A DNA stretch of 32,000 nucleotides from Xanthomonas campestris pv. campestris str. ATCC 33913 (lineage in GTDB: Bacteria; Pseudomonadota; Gammaproteobacteria; Xanthomonadales; Xanthomonadaceae), in the NCBI RefSeq assembly GCF_000007145.1, contig NC_003902.1, forward strand, positions 280,325-312,324, in the 5' to 3' direction. The translations under genes and the position numbers were made by a program. The notes under the pieces are model-generated. The model was not told the DNA's origin. It did no database searches and worked only from the letters and a program-made list of their open reading frames with translations. Numbering within the stretch: position 1 is the first letter of the stretch; the number at the start of each line of letters is the position of its first letter. Of this stretch, positions 9,314 through 17,951 are shown piece after piece.

Positions 9314-11473
9314 TCATGCCGGTTGCGGCGCCTGATCATCCTCGATCTGCACGATCACTTCGTGCGACTGCGATGTGGGCGCTGTTCCCGGACGCAGCCG
9401 CTCCACTGCCTGCGGCAGGGTCAGCGACGGCGCGGCCTGCGCTGCGGAGGACGTGGCACCGTGCGGTTGGGTGAGCGCTTTGGCCTGACCCAACAGCTGT
9501 TCCACATCGTTGCCTTGCAGTAGCGCGTTGATCGCTCGGCTCGCCTTGGTCGCCCGACGCTGGGACAGCGCTTCGTTGGCCCCCCCCATCACGCCACGTA
9601 AGACTTGCTGCTTCAATCCGATGTCGGTGTCGCCCTCACGGCGATTGTTCTTGACGGTGATGGCGGTGTGCTGATTCAGCGCGCCGACCGTAGCCATGGT
9701 TCCGGACAGGGCAGAGATCGCCAGGGTCTGTGCGGTCGGCACGTTGCGCGTTCCACCCTGCGCCGCAGAGCTGGCCTTGCCGATCACCGAGGATGCCGCG
9801 CTGCCCAGCACGCCGAGATGGAACATCTGGCCAATGCGTTGGGCGGTCTGTGCGGAGAACTCGCGCGAGGTGTACTTCTTGGCGATATCGTTGATCAGTT
9901 GCTCCGACACCACCGACTTCTCGGCGCCGAGCAGCACCGCTGCAGCGACACCGTCTGGATCGAGTTCGTCCAACTTGCCTTCGCGCAAGGCTTGTAGATC
10001 CTGGCTCAGCAGTTTCAGTGCCTTCGCCGGGCCGGCGCCGTGGCCCGCTTGCAGATCCAGGTTGTCGGCGTCCGCCGTCCCCTGCGGCGAGGGCGACGCG
10101 GCCAGTTCCGCCTTGAGCGCTTTTTCCATCGACACCAGTCCGTTGATGACGCGTTTCACCAGAGCCTGCGTGGGAGACTGGATCAGTTTGCGCAGTTTGA
10201 TCTGATCGATCTCCTCTGCCGCAACCGGCTCGCCACGTGCAAGTTTCAATTTACCCGTCTCGGTCAATACATCGGCGTACAGCAGATTGAGCTTGTTGTT
10301 GTAGTCCTGTTTTGCCTGTTCGTCGAAGCCGGCGGCCACATGCTGCGCAGCTGTCATCAACAGGGCACCGACGGTCTGCGCGGTCGGCGACAGCGCCCGC
10401 ATTGCGCCGGTTTTGCTCAGCAGGCCCAGCATGCCCGCCAATGGCGAACGCAGGATGCGCGGGACGGCCTGCCAGCGATTGCCCATCCATTGCCGGTCGT
10501 GCGCGCCCTGGGTCATGACAAAGTCGTGCTGCGCCTGATGCAGGCGCTTTTCGGCTTGCAGCAATTGGTGGGCAGCGGCGATGAGGGCGTCAGTTGGCGG
10601 TGCGGCGGGAGTCTGGTCTGCGGCGCGCTTGAGTTGTCTGAAATTTTCTAAGCACCCGCTGAATTCGACAATATGCCTTTCCAGCGCCTTCGCAAGGTCC
10701 GGTAGCCAATGCTTGTCGTTGATCTGATTCTTGTCCGGCACGATGACGTGACCGCCATGCTCGCGGATGGATTCGCACAGGCTGACCACTGCCGACTGCT
10801 GGGCCGCATTCATCGGTGCGGCGACGGCCGCTGTTGCAAAGCCCAATCCTGCGCCTGCCCATGGCTGACGGGTTGCGTAGTTGATCCACGGCGAAACGAT
10901 GAACTGCATCGCATTGTTTAGAAAACTACCGGTGGGATTGGGCATGCCGGACAACAGCGCGGTGCGTCGTAAGTCGGAAACCTCGACGTCGCTCAATCCC
11001 TGCGCCTGGTACCAAGCCATCGCATCCGTTTCGTGGATGCGGCTCAACAAATCTGTGTGTGTCGCTGCGCGTTCCTGCACGCCGGTGGTGTCCGGCAGTT
11101 TCATCGGCCTGACCTTGTTGATCAATTCGGCGGCCAGTTGCGGCTCGACGGCACGGTTGTTGTCGTCAGCCAGTTTCTCTTTGAGTCGCACCAGCGACGC
11201 TTTGCCAGGATGCGACGGCATTACAGGCTGCGAAATCTGCAGACCAACCGTGTGCAGGTGGCTAGCCGTATGAAATGCGTCCGCAGTGGCGTCTGCGGTC
11301 TCCTTGCCGCGCTTGTTCGGGCGGCTGGATAGCTTGGTCAATGGGCCACCGGGCTGGGCATCCGAATGGCTGGGCGAGGCATCCTGGGACGCTTCTTCTT
11401 CGATCTCATGGATGTGAGCACTCGACGCTGACACAGTGCGACTGGGCGGATTGGCAGATGCAGCAGGTTTCAT
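9314..11473 (-). CDS. xopN: Candidate type III secreted effector, possibly XopN/HopAU1 family; otherwise a large alpha-helical protein of unknown function
   Basis: 719 aa counted from the ATG at 11473, which is preceded by AGGAGA with 6-nt spacing. The 39 upstream codons of the ORF are probably not translated. The first 50 aa (MKPAASANPPSRTVSASSAHIHEIEEEASQDASPSHSDAQPGGPLTKLSS) contain 11 Ser, 6 Pro and only 2 Leu, with no acidic residue in the first 12, which fits a T3S signal. GC is lower than in neighbouring genes by hand count: 52 of 100 nt at 10201-10300 versus 77 of 100 nt at 16201-16300. The family name rests only on remembered synteny: in X. campestris pv. campestris xopN lies 8 to 9 genes before the cNMP-GGDEF/cyclase pair, matching the gene count here. 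Confidence 0.6.
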   Translation of the reverse strand: MKPAASANPPSRTVSASSAHIHEIEEEASQDASPSHSDAQPGGPLTKLSSRPNKRGKETADATADAFHTASHLHTVGLQISQPVMPSHPGKASLVRLKEKLADDNNRAVEPQLAAELINKVRPMKLPDTTGVQERAATHTDLLSRIHETDAMAWYQAQGLSDVEVSDLRRTALLSGMPNPTGSFLNNAMQFIVSPWINYATRQPWAGAGLGFATAAVAAPMNAAQQSAVVSLCESIREHGGHVIVPDKNQINDKHWLPDLAKALERHIVEFSGCLENFRQLKRAADQTPAAPPTDALIAAAHQLLQAEKRLHQAQHDFVMTQGAHDRQWMGNRWQAVPRILRSPLAGMLGLLSKTGAMRALSPTAQTVGALLMTAAQHVAAGFDEQAKQDYNNKLNLLYADVLTETGKLKLARGEPVAAEEIDQIKLRKLIQSPTQALVKRVINGLVSMEKALKAELAASPSPQGTADADNLDLQAGHGAGPAKALKLLSQDLQALREGKLDELDPDGVAAAVLLGAEKSVVSEQLINDIAKKYTSREFSAQTAQRIGQMFHLGVLGSAASSVIGKASSAAQGGTRNVPTAQTLAISALSGTMATVGALNQHTAITVKNNRREGDTDIGLKQQVLRGVMGGANEALSQRRATKASRAINALLQGNDVEQLLGQAKALTQPHGATSSAAQAAPSLTLPQAVERLRPGTAPTSQSHEVIVQIEDDQAPQPA

Positions 11474-11709
11474 CAGATTTCTCCTGGCGCTTGATGCAGT
11501 GGCGGCATCGATCAATGGCCGGTGCCGAGGAATGCGATCGCCTCGCAGCCCTGAGCTGGGCGCATTGTCGAGGGGCGGCGTGGTCGCCATGGCTCGAAAA
11601 GAGCACTGAGTTCAAGCACGCGACGAAACCGTTGCCGATGAAAGATCAAACTGCGGATCGCATTGCTCAGAGATTGAACCACTCTACAGTGTGCATCTTT
11701 GCCGGATAG

Positions 11710-11734
11710 CAGAACCGATGTCGCTGCACCCGAA
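11710..11734 (-). promoter_or_regulatory. Imperfect PIP-box-like motif (TTCGG-N15-TTCTG) upstream of the effector-like gene
   Basis: The minus strand reads TTCGG GTGCAGCGACATCGG TTCTG. This has one mismatch to the HrpX consensus TTCGB-N15-TTCGB and lies 237 bp upstream of the ATG at 11473. No perfect PIP box occurs in the 411-bp upstream gap. Confidence 0.25.
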
Positions 11735-11884
11735 TCCCCCTGTAGGTGTGGGCGCCAAGGTCGGGTGCGCTGCTTCCCATGGCAGGGTTGGTGAAGCGTC
11801 ACGCGGCGACGGGTGCCGCGCGCATCCGCGTGCGAGGTGTGCCATCAAAACGTCATGGCAACGCGTCGGCATGCCTCAGGCCAG

Positions 11885-12937
11885 TTACCGCGTCACCACC
11901 ATTCCATCCGACGCCGCTGCCGCCGCATCCTGCCGCCACCAACGCACGCGATTGGCCGGCGCCTGCAGATCCACCCGCTCGCCCATGCACGGCGTGACCA
12001 GCGCAACGCCGGCGCTATCGGCCAACGCCACGATCCGGTCCAGCGGCTCCTGCCAGGCGTGCATGGCCAGATCGAAGGTGCCGTTGTGGATCGGCAGCAG
12101 CGTCTGCCCGCCCACGTCCAGATATGCCTGCAGGCTCTGCTCCGGTTGCATGTGCACATGCGGCCATTGCTGGTCGTAGGCGCCGTTTTCGATCAGCGCC
12201 ACATCGAACGGGCCGAGCTGCTCACCGATGGTCTTGAAGTGCGGCGCGTAGCCACCGTCGCCGCTGAAGAACACCCGCAGCTCCTCGTGCTGGATCACCC
12301 ACGAGCACCACAGCGAGCGGCCGCTATCGAACAACCCGCGCCCGGAAAAGTGCTGCGATGGCGTGGCGGTGAGCTGCACACCGTCCACGTTGAGCGAGTC
12401 CCACCAGTCCAGCTGCCGCACCTTGGCCGGGTCCACGCCCCAACGTACCAGTAAATCGCCCACGCCCAGCGGCGCGACGAAAACGCCAACGCGGTCGGCC
12501 AGTGCGCGGATGGTGGCGCGGTCCAGGTGGTCGTAGTGGTTGTGCGACAGGATCACCCCGGCCAGCGGCGGCAGGTCGGCCAGTGCAATCGGCGGGGCAT
12601 GGAAGCGTTTGGGGCCGGCGAAGGAAAACGGCGAGGCGCGCTTGGCGAACACCGGGTCGGTGAGCCAGAAACCGCCGGCCAGCTTCAGCAACACGGTGGA
12701 GTGGCCAAGCCGGTACAGGCTGCGGTCCGGCGCGGCGAGCAGCTGCGCGCGAGTCAGCGGCAACACCGGCGGTGGTGTGGACGGTACGGTGTCGCGTGGC
12801 TTGTCGAAGAAGAACGTCCACAGCAACCGCAGCTGCTCGCCCAGGCGCAGCGAGGTGGTCAGCGTGGGCTGGGCGTTGCGAAACCGGCCATTGCGGAACT
12901 GCGGCGAAGCGGCATAAGCGGAAGAAGGGGGGGGCAC
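11885..12937 (-). CDS. MBL-fold metallo-hydrolase (NAPE-PLD-like / beta-lactamase superfamily)
   Basis: 350 aa with a GTG start. It has the metal-binding motif SHNHYDH (HxHxDH) and downstream motifs TPSQHFSGR and FFSGDGGY typical of this subfamily. Confidence 0.85.
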   Translation of the reverse strand: MPPPSSAYAASPQFRNGRFRNAQPTLTTSLRLGEQLRLLWTFFFDKPRDTVPSTPPPVLPLTRAQLLAAPDRSLYRLGHSTVLLKLAGGFWLTDPVFAKRASPFSFAGPKRFHAPPIALADLPPLAGVILSHNHYDHLDRATIRALADRVGVFVAPLGVGDLLVRWGVDPAKVRQLDWWDSLNVDGVQLTATPSQHFSGRGLFDSGRSLWCSWVIQHEELRVFFSGDGGYAPHFKTIGEQLGPFDVALIENGAYDQQWPHVHMQPEQSLQAYLDVGGQTLLPIHNGTFDLAMHAWQEPLDRIVALADSAGVALVTPCMGERVDLQAPANRVRWWRQDAAAAASDGMVVTR

Positions 12938-12965
12938 GGGCGGAATCCGTCGGCGGGGAAGTGAT

Positions 12966-12981
12966 TACACTGCACAGTGTA
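12966..12981. promoter_or_regulatory. Perfect 16-bp palindrome, candidate TetR operator
   Basis: TACACTGCACAGTGTA lies in the 88-bp gap between the divergent MBL-hydrolase start (12937) and TetR start (13026). Confidence 0.5.
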
Positions 12982-13025
12982 GTTTCCGCGACGTGAAAGT
13001 AAACTGCCCGGTGTAAAATCAGCGC

Positions 13026-13658
13026 ATGTCCATTCACTCGTCCACTTTCGCTGCGCCGCAGCGGCTGACCGACCGCAAGCGTCACGCGATCCTGGAAGCG
13101 GCGATCGCCGAGTTCCGCCAGCAGGGCTTCGAGGCGACCAGCATGGACCGCATCGCGGCCACCGCTGGCGTCTCCAAGCGCACGGTTTACAACCATTTCC
13201 CCAGCAAGGACACGCTGTTCGGCGAGATCCTGCGCGGGCTATGGCAGCGCAGTGCCGAGGCGGTGAGCCTGGCGTATCAGCCCGGCCAGCCATTGCGGCC
13301 GCAGCTGCTGGAGTTGCTGCAGCAGAAGCTGCGGCTGCTGGAAGACCCGGCCTTCATCGACCTCTCCCGCGTGGCGATTGCCGAGGGCATCCACTCGCCG
13401 GCGCGGGCACGCGAACTGCTCGCGCAGCTGGGCAGCAAGGAGGAAGGCACCACCACCTGGGTGCGCGCCGCGCTGGCCGACGGCCGGCTGGTGGCAGTGG
13501 ACCCGGCCTTTGCCGCACAGCAATTGCAGGCCCTGGTGAAGGGCTTTGCGTTCTGGCCGCAGCTGGCCCTGGGCCAGCCGGCCCTGTCGCCGGAAGAACA
13601 GGCGCAGGTCGCGGCGTCGGCGGTGGACATGTTCCTGGGCGTGTACGCGCGTCAGTGA
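13026..13658 (+). CDS. TetR/AcrR family transcriptional regulator
   Basis: 210 aa. The N-terminal HTH region (ILEAAIAEFRQQGFEATSMDRIAATAGVSKRTVYNHFPSKDTLF) is typical of TetR regulators. Confidence 0.9.
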   Translation: MSIHSSTFAAPQRLTDRKRHAILEAAIAEFRQQGFEATSMDRIAATAGVSKRTVYNHFPSKDTLFGEILRGLWQRSAEAVSLAYQPGQPLRPQLLELLQQKLRLLEDPAFIDLSRVAIAEGIHSPARARELLAQLGSKEEGTTTWVRAALADGRLVAVDPAFAAQQLQALVKGFAFWPQLALGQPALSPEEQAQVAASAVDMFLGVYARQ

Positions 13659-13879
13659 GTGCGCATTGCGCGTGCCGGGCGTTGGCTCTTGGATGGCGGG
13701 CACGCGCGCAAGCCGCTACAGATGACCTGCGTCAGTCGGCACGTACGCATGCAAGCCGTGCTGCCTGCCGTCGGGTTGGCGCCCCAACTCCTGGAGACGC
13801 CCAGCTGTGCCGCCCACGACCTGCGGGTCACGCGCTTCCAGCGAAGCGGCCTGCAGGCCGAGCGGCCCCGCAGTCGCCG

Positions 13880-14254
13880 CTAGTCCTTCGACCACACCGC
13901 CAGCGCATAACCGTGCGGATCGGTGAAGTGGAAGCGCCGCCCGCCGGGAAAGGCGAACACCGGCCGGGTGATCTGCCCGCCGGCGGCTTCGATGCGCGCC
14001 TGGCTCTGTGCCAGGTCATCGGAGGCCAGCACCACCAGGGCGCCGCCGGGCTGCGGCGTGCCGTGGAAGAATCCACCGCTGAGCCGGCCATCGCGGAACT
14101 CGCAGTAGTCGGGGCCGTAGTCCTGAAAGGTCCACGCGAAGGCCTCGCCGTAAAAGGCCTTGGCGGCGGCGATCGAGGTGACGGCGAATTCGAGATAGTC
14201 GATACGGTGCTGGGTGTCCACGGCGGGTCCTTGCGAAGGCGAGGGCCCCAGCAT
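13880..14254 (-). CDS. VOC-family (glyoxalase / bleomycin-resistance fold) protein
   Basis: About 124 aa counted from the internal ATG at 14254; a GTG at 14221 is also possible. It has the motifs IDYLEFAVTSIAAAKAFYGEAF and FTDPHGYALAVW. The longer ORF start would run into the AraC gene. Confidence 0.8.
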   Translation of the reverse strand: MLGPSPSQGPAVDTQHRIDYLEFAVTSIAAAKAFYGEAFAWTFQDYGPDYCEFRDGRLSGGFFHGTPQPGGALVVLASDDLAQSQARIEAAGGQITRPVFAFPGGRRFHFTDPHGYALAVWSKD

Positions 14255-14294
14255 GCCGGCCGCGCGCACCTGTGGCTTGGCGAAAACGGCCAAC

Positions 14295-15032
14295 TCACCG
14301 CGCGTGTTGCTGCACCAGCTCGCGCGGCGCCAGCCCGGCCAACTGGCGGGCATCGCGTACCAGGTGCGGCGCATCGCCGTAACCTGCGGCCAGCGCGGCG
14401 TCGGTCAGGGTGCGGTGCCGGTGTGCAATGGCCAAAAAGCGCTGCAGCCGCAGAATCCGCTCCAGGGTCTTGGCGCCATAACCGAAGGCGGTCTGGCAGC
14501 GCCGCCGCAGCGCACGCTCGCTGATGCCCAGCGTGGCGGTGAGCGCGGCCAGCTGCATCGGCATGCCGGCCGCCAGCTGTGCGAACAGCCAGGCCATGGT
14601 CGGGTCGCTGCGGCCAGCGTGCTGCTGACACAGTGCCTGCAGCGTCAGCACGGGGTCGGCGCCGTCTTCGAGCCGGTGCTGCCAGGCCAGCCCGGCGGTG
14701 CCCCACAACGCGTCCAATGCCACGCGCTGGTCGGTGAGCGTGTGCAATGCGGTGCCCAGCACCGCCGTGGCCGCCCCGGGCGCCAGGCGCACACCGCTGA
14801 GCACGCGCCCGGCCGGCACGCAGGCCAGGTTGGCCGCGCGATCCGGCCCGGCCACGAACAGCTGCGCACCATCCCAGATCAGGTCGACATGCGCGTCAGG
14901 CAGCACCCGCACCGGCGCGTCCGCCGCCGCACCCTGGCGAAATCGCCAGCTGCACAGCAGTTGTCCGCGCAACGCGGCAGGTGCGGCGCGTTCGGCATAA
15001 CGGCTCACAAGGTCGGTCATCGTAGCGGGCAT
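14295..15032 (-). CDS. AraC-family transcriptional regulator
   Basis: 245 aa. The C-terminal double HTH (LGISERALRRRCQTAFGYGAKTLERILRLQRFL ... AAGYGDAPHLVRDARQLAG) is typical of AraC/XylS. It lies immediately upstream of the VOC gene on the same strand. Confidence 0.85.
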   Translation of the reverse strand: MPATMTDLVSRYAERAAPAALRGQLLCSWRFRQGAAADAPVRVLPDAHVDLIWDGAQLFVAGPDRAANLACVPAGRVLSGVRLAPGAATAVLGTALHTLTDQRVALDALWGTAGLAWQHRLEDGADPVLTLQALCQQHAGRSDPTMAWLFAQLAAGMPMQLAALTATLGISERALRRRCQTAFGYGAKTLERILRLQRFLAIAHRHRTLTDAALAAGYGDAPHLVRDARQLAGLAPRELVQQHAR

Positions 15033-15066
15033 GGCGCGTGGACGTAGAGCTCAGCGTAGCGCGCGC

Positions 15067-16023
15067 TCAGCGCTCGGAGTGACCACTCTCGTCGTAGCCG
15101 CGCGGGGTGAACAGGTCCGGCTGGATCAGTTCGATAAAGGCGCGTGCCTGCGGCGAGAGGTATTTGCCCTTGCGCACCACCACGCCGTAGCTGCGGGTGG
15201 GGAAATAATCCTTGAGCGAGCGTGTGGCGAGTTTGTCGCGGTCGGCGTCGGTGACGCAGATCGCGGTGACGATGGAAATGCCCATGCCCATCGCCACGTA
15301 TTGCTTGATCACCTCCCAACCGCCCACTTCCAAGGCCACGGTGTAGGGCACGCGTGCCTGTTGGAAGATCAGATCGACCAGCCGATAGGTCACTTGCCTA
15401 CGCGGCGGCAGGATCAGCGGATACGGCGACAGATTCTGCAGCGTAACTATCGGCTTGCTTGCCAGCGGGTGATCGGGCGGGGTGATCAATAACTGTTCGA
15501 AGCGATATACCGGCGCGTAGTTGAGGTCGGCCGGCACGTCCAGCATCGAGCCGACTGCCAGGTCCACCGCATCCTCGCGCAGCAGATCGGTGCCATCGGC
15601 GCTGATGGCGTTGTGCAGTGTCAGGCGCACGTCCGGATGGCGCGCGCGGAAGTTGGCCACGATGCGCGGCAGCAGGTACAGGATGGTGGAGCTGTTGGCG
15701 GCGATATTGAGCTCGCCGGCGTCCAGCCCGCGCACTTTCTCGCGGAAGGCGGCCTCCAGGCCGTCCAGGCTTTCCACCAGCGGCAGCGCCATGTCGTACA
15801 GCAGCTGGCCCTCGCGGCTGGGCGCCAACCGCCGGCCGGAGCGTTCGAACAGCGCCACCCCCAGGTCACGCTCCAGCGCCTGCAACTGCAGGGTCACCGC
15901 CGGCTGGCTCACATATAGTGCCTCAGCGGCGCGTGAGACAGAGCCCAGTCGCACCGTCTGGCAGAACGCGCGCAGCGGCTTGAGGCGGTCGGATTTGTAG
16001 GAAAACCGAGGGGTTGGCGCCAT
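15067..16023 (-). CDS. LysR-family transcriptional regulator, divergent from aceB
   Basis: 318 aa. It has an N-terminal LysR HTH (LRAFCQTVRLGSVSRAAEALYVSQPAVTLQLQALERDLGVALFER) and a substrate-binding domain. Confidence 0.9.
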   Translation of the reverse strand: MAPTPRFSYKSDRLKPLRAFCQTVRLGSVSRAAEALYVSQPAVTLQLQALERDLGVALFERSGRRLAPSREGQLLYDMALPLVESLDGLEAAFREKVRGLDAGELNIAANSSTILYLLPRIVANFRARHPDVRLTLHNAISADGTDLLREDAVDLAVGSMLDVPADLNYAPVYRFEQLLITPPDHPLASKPIVTLQNLSPYPLILPPRRQVTYRLVDLIFQQARVPYTVALEVGGWEVIKQYVAMGMGISIVTAICVTDADRDKLATRSLKDYFPTRSYGVVVRKGKYLSPQARAFIELIQPDLFTPRGYDESGHSER

Positions 16024-16047
16024 GGCTTTAGGGGTTTGCGCCTAACT

Positions 16048-16062
16048 ATAAGTCAGGCTTAT
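16048..16062. promoter_or_regulatory. Candidate LysR-type binding site (T-N11-A dyad)
   Basis: ATAAG-TCAGG-CTTAT is an inverted repeat that contains T-N11-A. It lies in the 120-bp divergent gap between the LysR gene and aceB. Confidence 0.45.
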
Positions 16063-16143
16063 TTACAGCATTGATAAAACTGCTTTGTCAAATAGATTGC
16101 CGAGGCGCAGGTTGGAGCTCCGGATCACACCAGGATTCCCCCA

Positions 16144-17766
16144 ATGTCTGCCACCGCCGCTTCCGCCCGTCCCGTCGCCGCTGACCGTGCCACTCCCGGC
16201 GTGTCGCTGACCACCCAGCTGGCGGGCCAGGCCGAGCTGCTCCCCGCTGCCGCGCTGGCCCTGCTGGTGTCGCTGCACCGGGCGATCGAGCCTGGCCGCC
16301 AGCAGCGGCTGGCGCAGCGTCGCAGCCGCCAGGCCGCGTTCGACGCCGGCCAGTTGCCCGACTTCCGCACCGACACCCGTGCCATCCGCGCCAGCGACTG
16401 GCGCGTAGCCGAACTGCCGGCCGCCCTGCAGGACCGCCGGATCGAGATCACCGGCCCTACCGATCCGAAGATGGTCATCAACGCGCTGAACTCCGGCGCC
16501 AAGGTGTTCATGGCCGACTTCGAAGATTCCACCGCGCCTACCTGGCGCAACCTGCTGGCCGGGCAGCGCACGTTGGCGGCCGCGGTGCGCGGCGAGCTCA
16601 CATTCGATGCGCCCAACGGCAAGCACTACGCGCTGCGTCCGGAACACGAACGTGCGGTACTGATCGTGCGCCCGCGTGGCTGGCACCTGGACGAGAAGCA
16701 CGTGTTGATCGATGGCCAGCCGATGGCCGGCGGCCTGTTCGATGCGGCGCTGTTCGCCTTCCACAACGCACGCACGCTGATGGCCAAGGACCGCGGCCCG
16801 TACCTGTATCTGCCCAAGTTGCAGAGCATGGAAGAAGCCGCGCTGTGGGAGACCGCGCTGGCGCATATCGAAGCGATGCTCGGCCTGCCGCACGGGCAGA
16901 TCAAGGTCACCGTGCTGATCGAAACGCTGCCTGCGGTGTTCGAGATGGACGAGATCCTGCACGCCTTGCGCGCACGCATCGTCGGGCTCAATTGCGGCCG
17001 TTGGGACTACATCTTTTCGTACCTGAAAACCTTTCGCGCACATCCGGACCGCGTGTTGCCCGAGCGTGGCCAGGTCACCATGACCCAGCCGTTTCTCAAG
17101 GCGTATTCGGAACTGCTGATCAAGACCTGCCATCGTCGCGGCGCGCATGCGATGGGCGGCATGGCCGCGCAGATTCCAATCAACCACGACGAGGCCGCCA
17201 ACGAACAGGCCATGGCGCGCGTGCGTGCCGACAAGCTGCGCGAAGTCAGCGCCGGCCATGACGGCACCTGGGTGGCGCACCCGGCACTGATTCCGGTGGC
17301 GATGGCGGTGTTCGACGAGCACATGCCCACCGCGCATCAACACCATGTGCTGCGCAACGATGTGCACATCACCTCCGACATGTTGATTGCCACACCGCCC
17401 GGCGGCATCACCCGCGCCGGTTTCGAGGGCAATGTCGAGGTCTGCGTGCGTTACCTGGCCGCGTGGCTGGACGGCAATGGCTGCGTGCCCATCCATAACC
17501 TGATGGAAGATGCGGCCACTGCGGAAATCAGCCGCGCGCAGCTGTGGCAGTGGCTGCATCACGGCCGCCATCTCGATGACGGCACCGCCATCGACCAGCA
17601 CCTGCTCGACACCACTCTGCGGCAGTTGCCGGCGCGCCTGGGCACCACTGCTGGCGTGCCGGGCGGCGCACGTATCGCCGAGGCCATCGGCTTGCTCGAC
17701 CAACTGAGCCGCGCCGAGGAACTGGCCGACTTCCTCACGGTGCCTGCGTATCGCCTGATCGACTGA
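16144..17766 (+). CDS. aceB: Malate synthase A
   Basis: 540 aa. Conserved malate synthase A blocks include [48 protein letters not shown] and the C-terminal DGTWVAHP. Confidence 0.95.
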   Translation: MSATAASARPVAADRATPGVSLTTQLAGQAELLPAAALALLVSLHRAIEPGRQQRLAQRRSRQAAFDAGQLPDFRTDTRAIRASDWRVAELPAALQDRRIEITGPTDPKMVINALNSGAKVFMADFEDSTAPTWRNLLAGQRTLAAAVRGELTFDAPNGKHYALRPEHERAVLIVRPRGWHLDEKHVLIDGQPMAGGLFDAALFAFHNARTLMAKDRGPYLYLPKLQSMEEAALWETALAHIEAMLGLPHGQIKVTVLIETLPAVFEMDEILHALRARIVGLNCGRWDYIFSYLKTFRAHPDRVLPERGQVTMTQPFLKAYSELLIKTCHRRGAHAMGGMAAQIPINHDEAANEQAMARVRADKLREVSAGHDGTWVAHPALIPVAMAVFDEHMPTAHQHHVLRNDVHITSDMLIATPPGGITRAGFEGNVEVCVRYLAAWLDGNGCVPIHNLMEDAATAEISRAQLWQWLHHGRHLDDGTAIDQHLLDTTLRQLPARLGTTAGVPGGARIAEAIGLLDQLSRAEELADFLTVPAYRLID

Positions 17767-17771
17767 CCGCC

Positions 17772-17807
17772 GCGCGCATGCGCCGGCTACGGCAGGCGCA
17801 TGCGCGC
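17772..17807 (+). other. GC-rich intercistronic stem-loop between aceB and aceA
   Basis: A 13-bp perfect stem (GCGCGCATGCGCC at 17772-17784 and GGCGCATGCGCGC at 17795-17807) encloses a 10-nt loop. It starts 6 nt after the aceB stop and has no following T-run. Confidence 0.6.
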
Positions 17808-17951
17808 ATACCGATGCACCCCAGAACACCCGCGTTGCAGCTGCGTGCTGCGCGCAATGGCAACGCCTTGCCTGCAATCACGCAGCACCGCACCACATCA
17901 CACCGCCCAACACCGCTGCATTTGCCCCATCCCTGCCCGAGGAGACGCACG

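Noticed and set aside
11594-11627. TTCGT ... TTCGA half-site pair as a PIP box.
   Set aside because: The spacing is 24 nt rather than 15, and the second half-site ends in A, which is not B. It does not fit TTCGB-N15-TTCGB.
11474-11884. Small ORFs (62-96 aa) in the gap upstream of the effector-like gene, considered as a possible T3S chaperone.
   Set aside because: They have no SD and overlap one another in different frames. Their composition does not resemble small acidic T3S chaperones. The region is more likely a promoter or leader.
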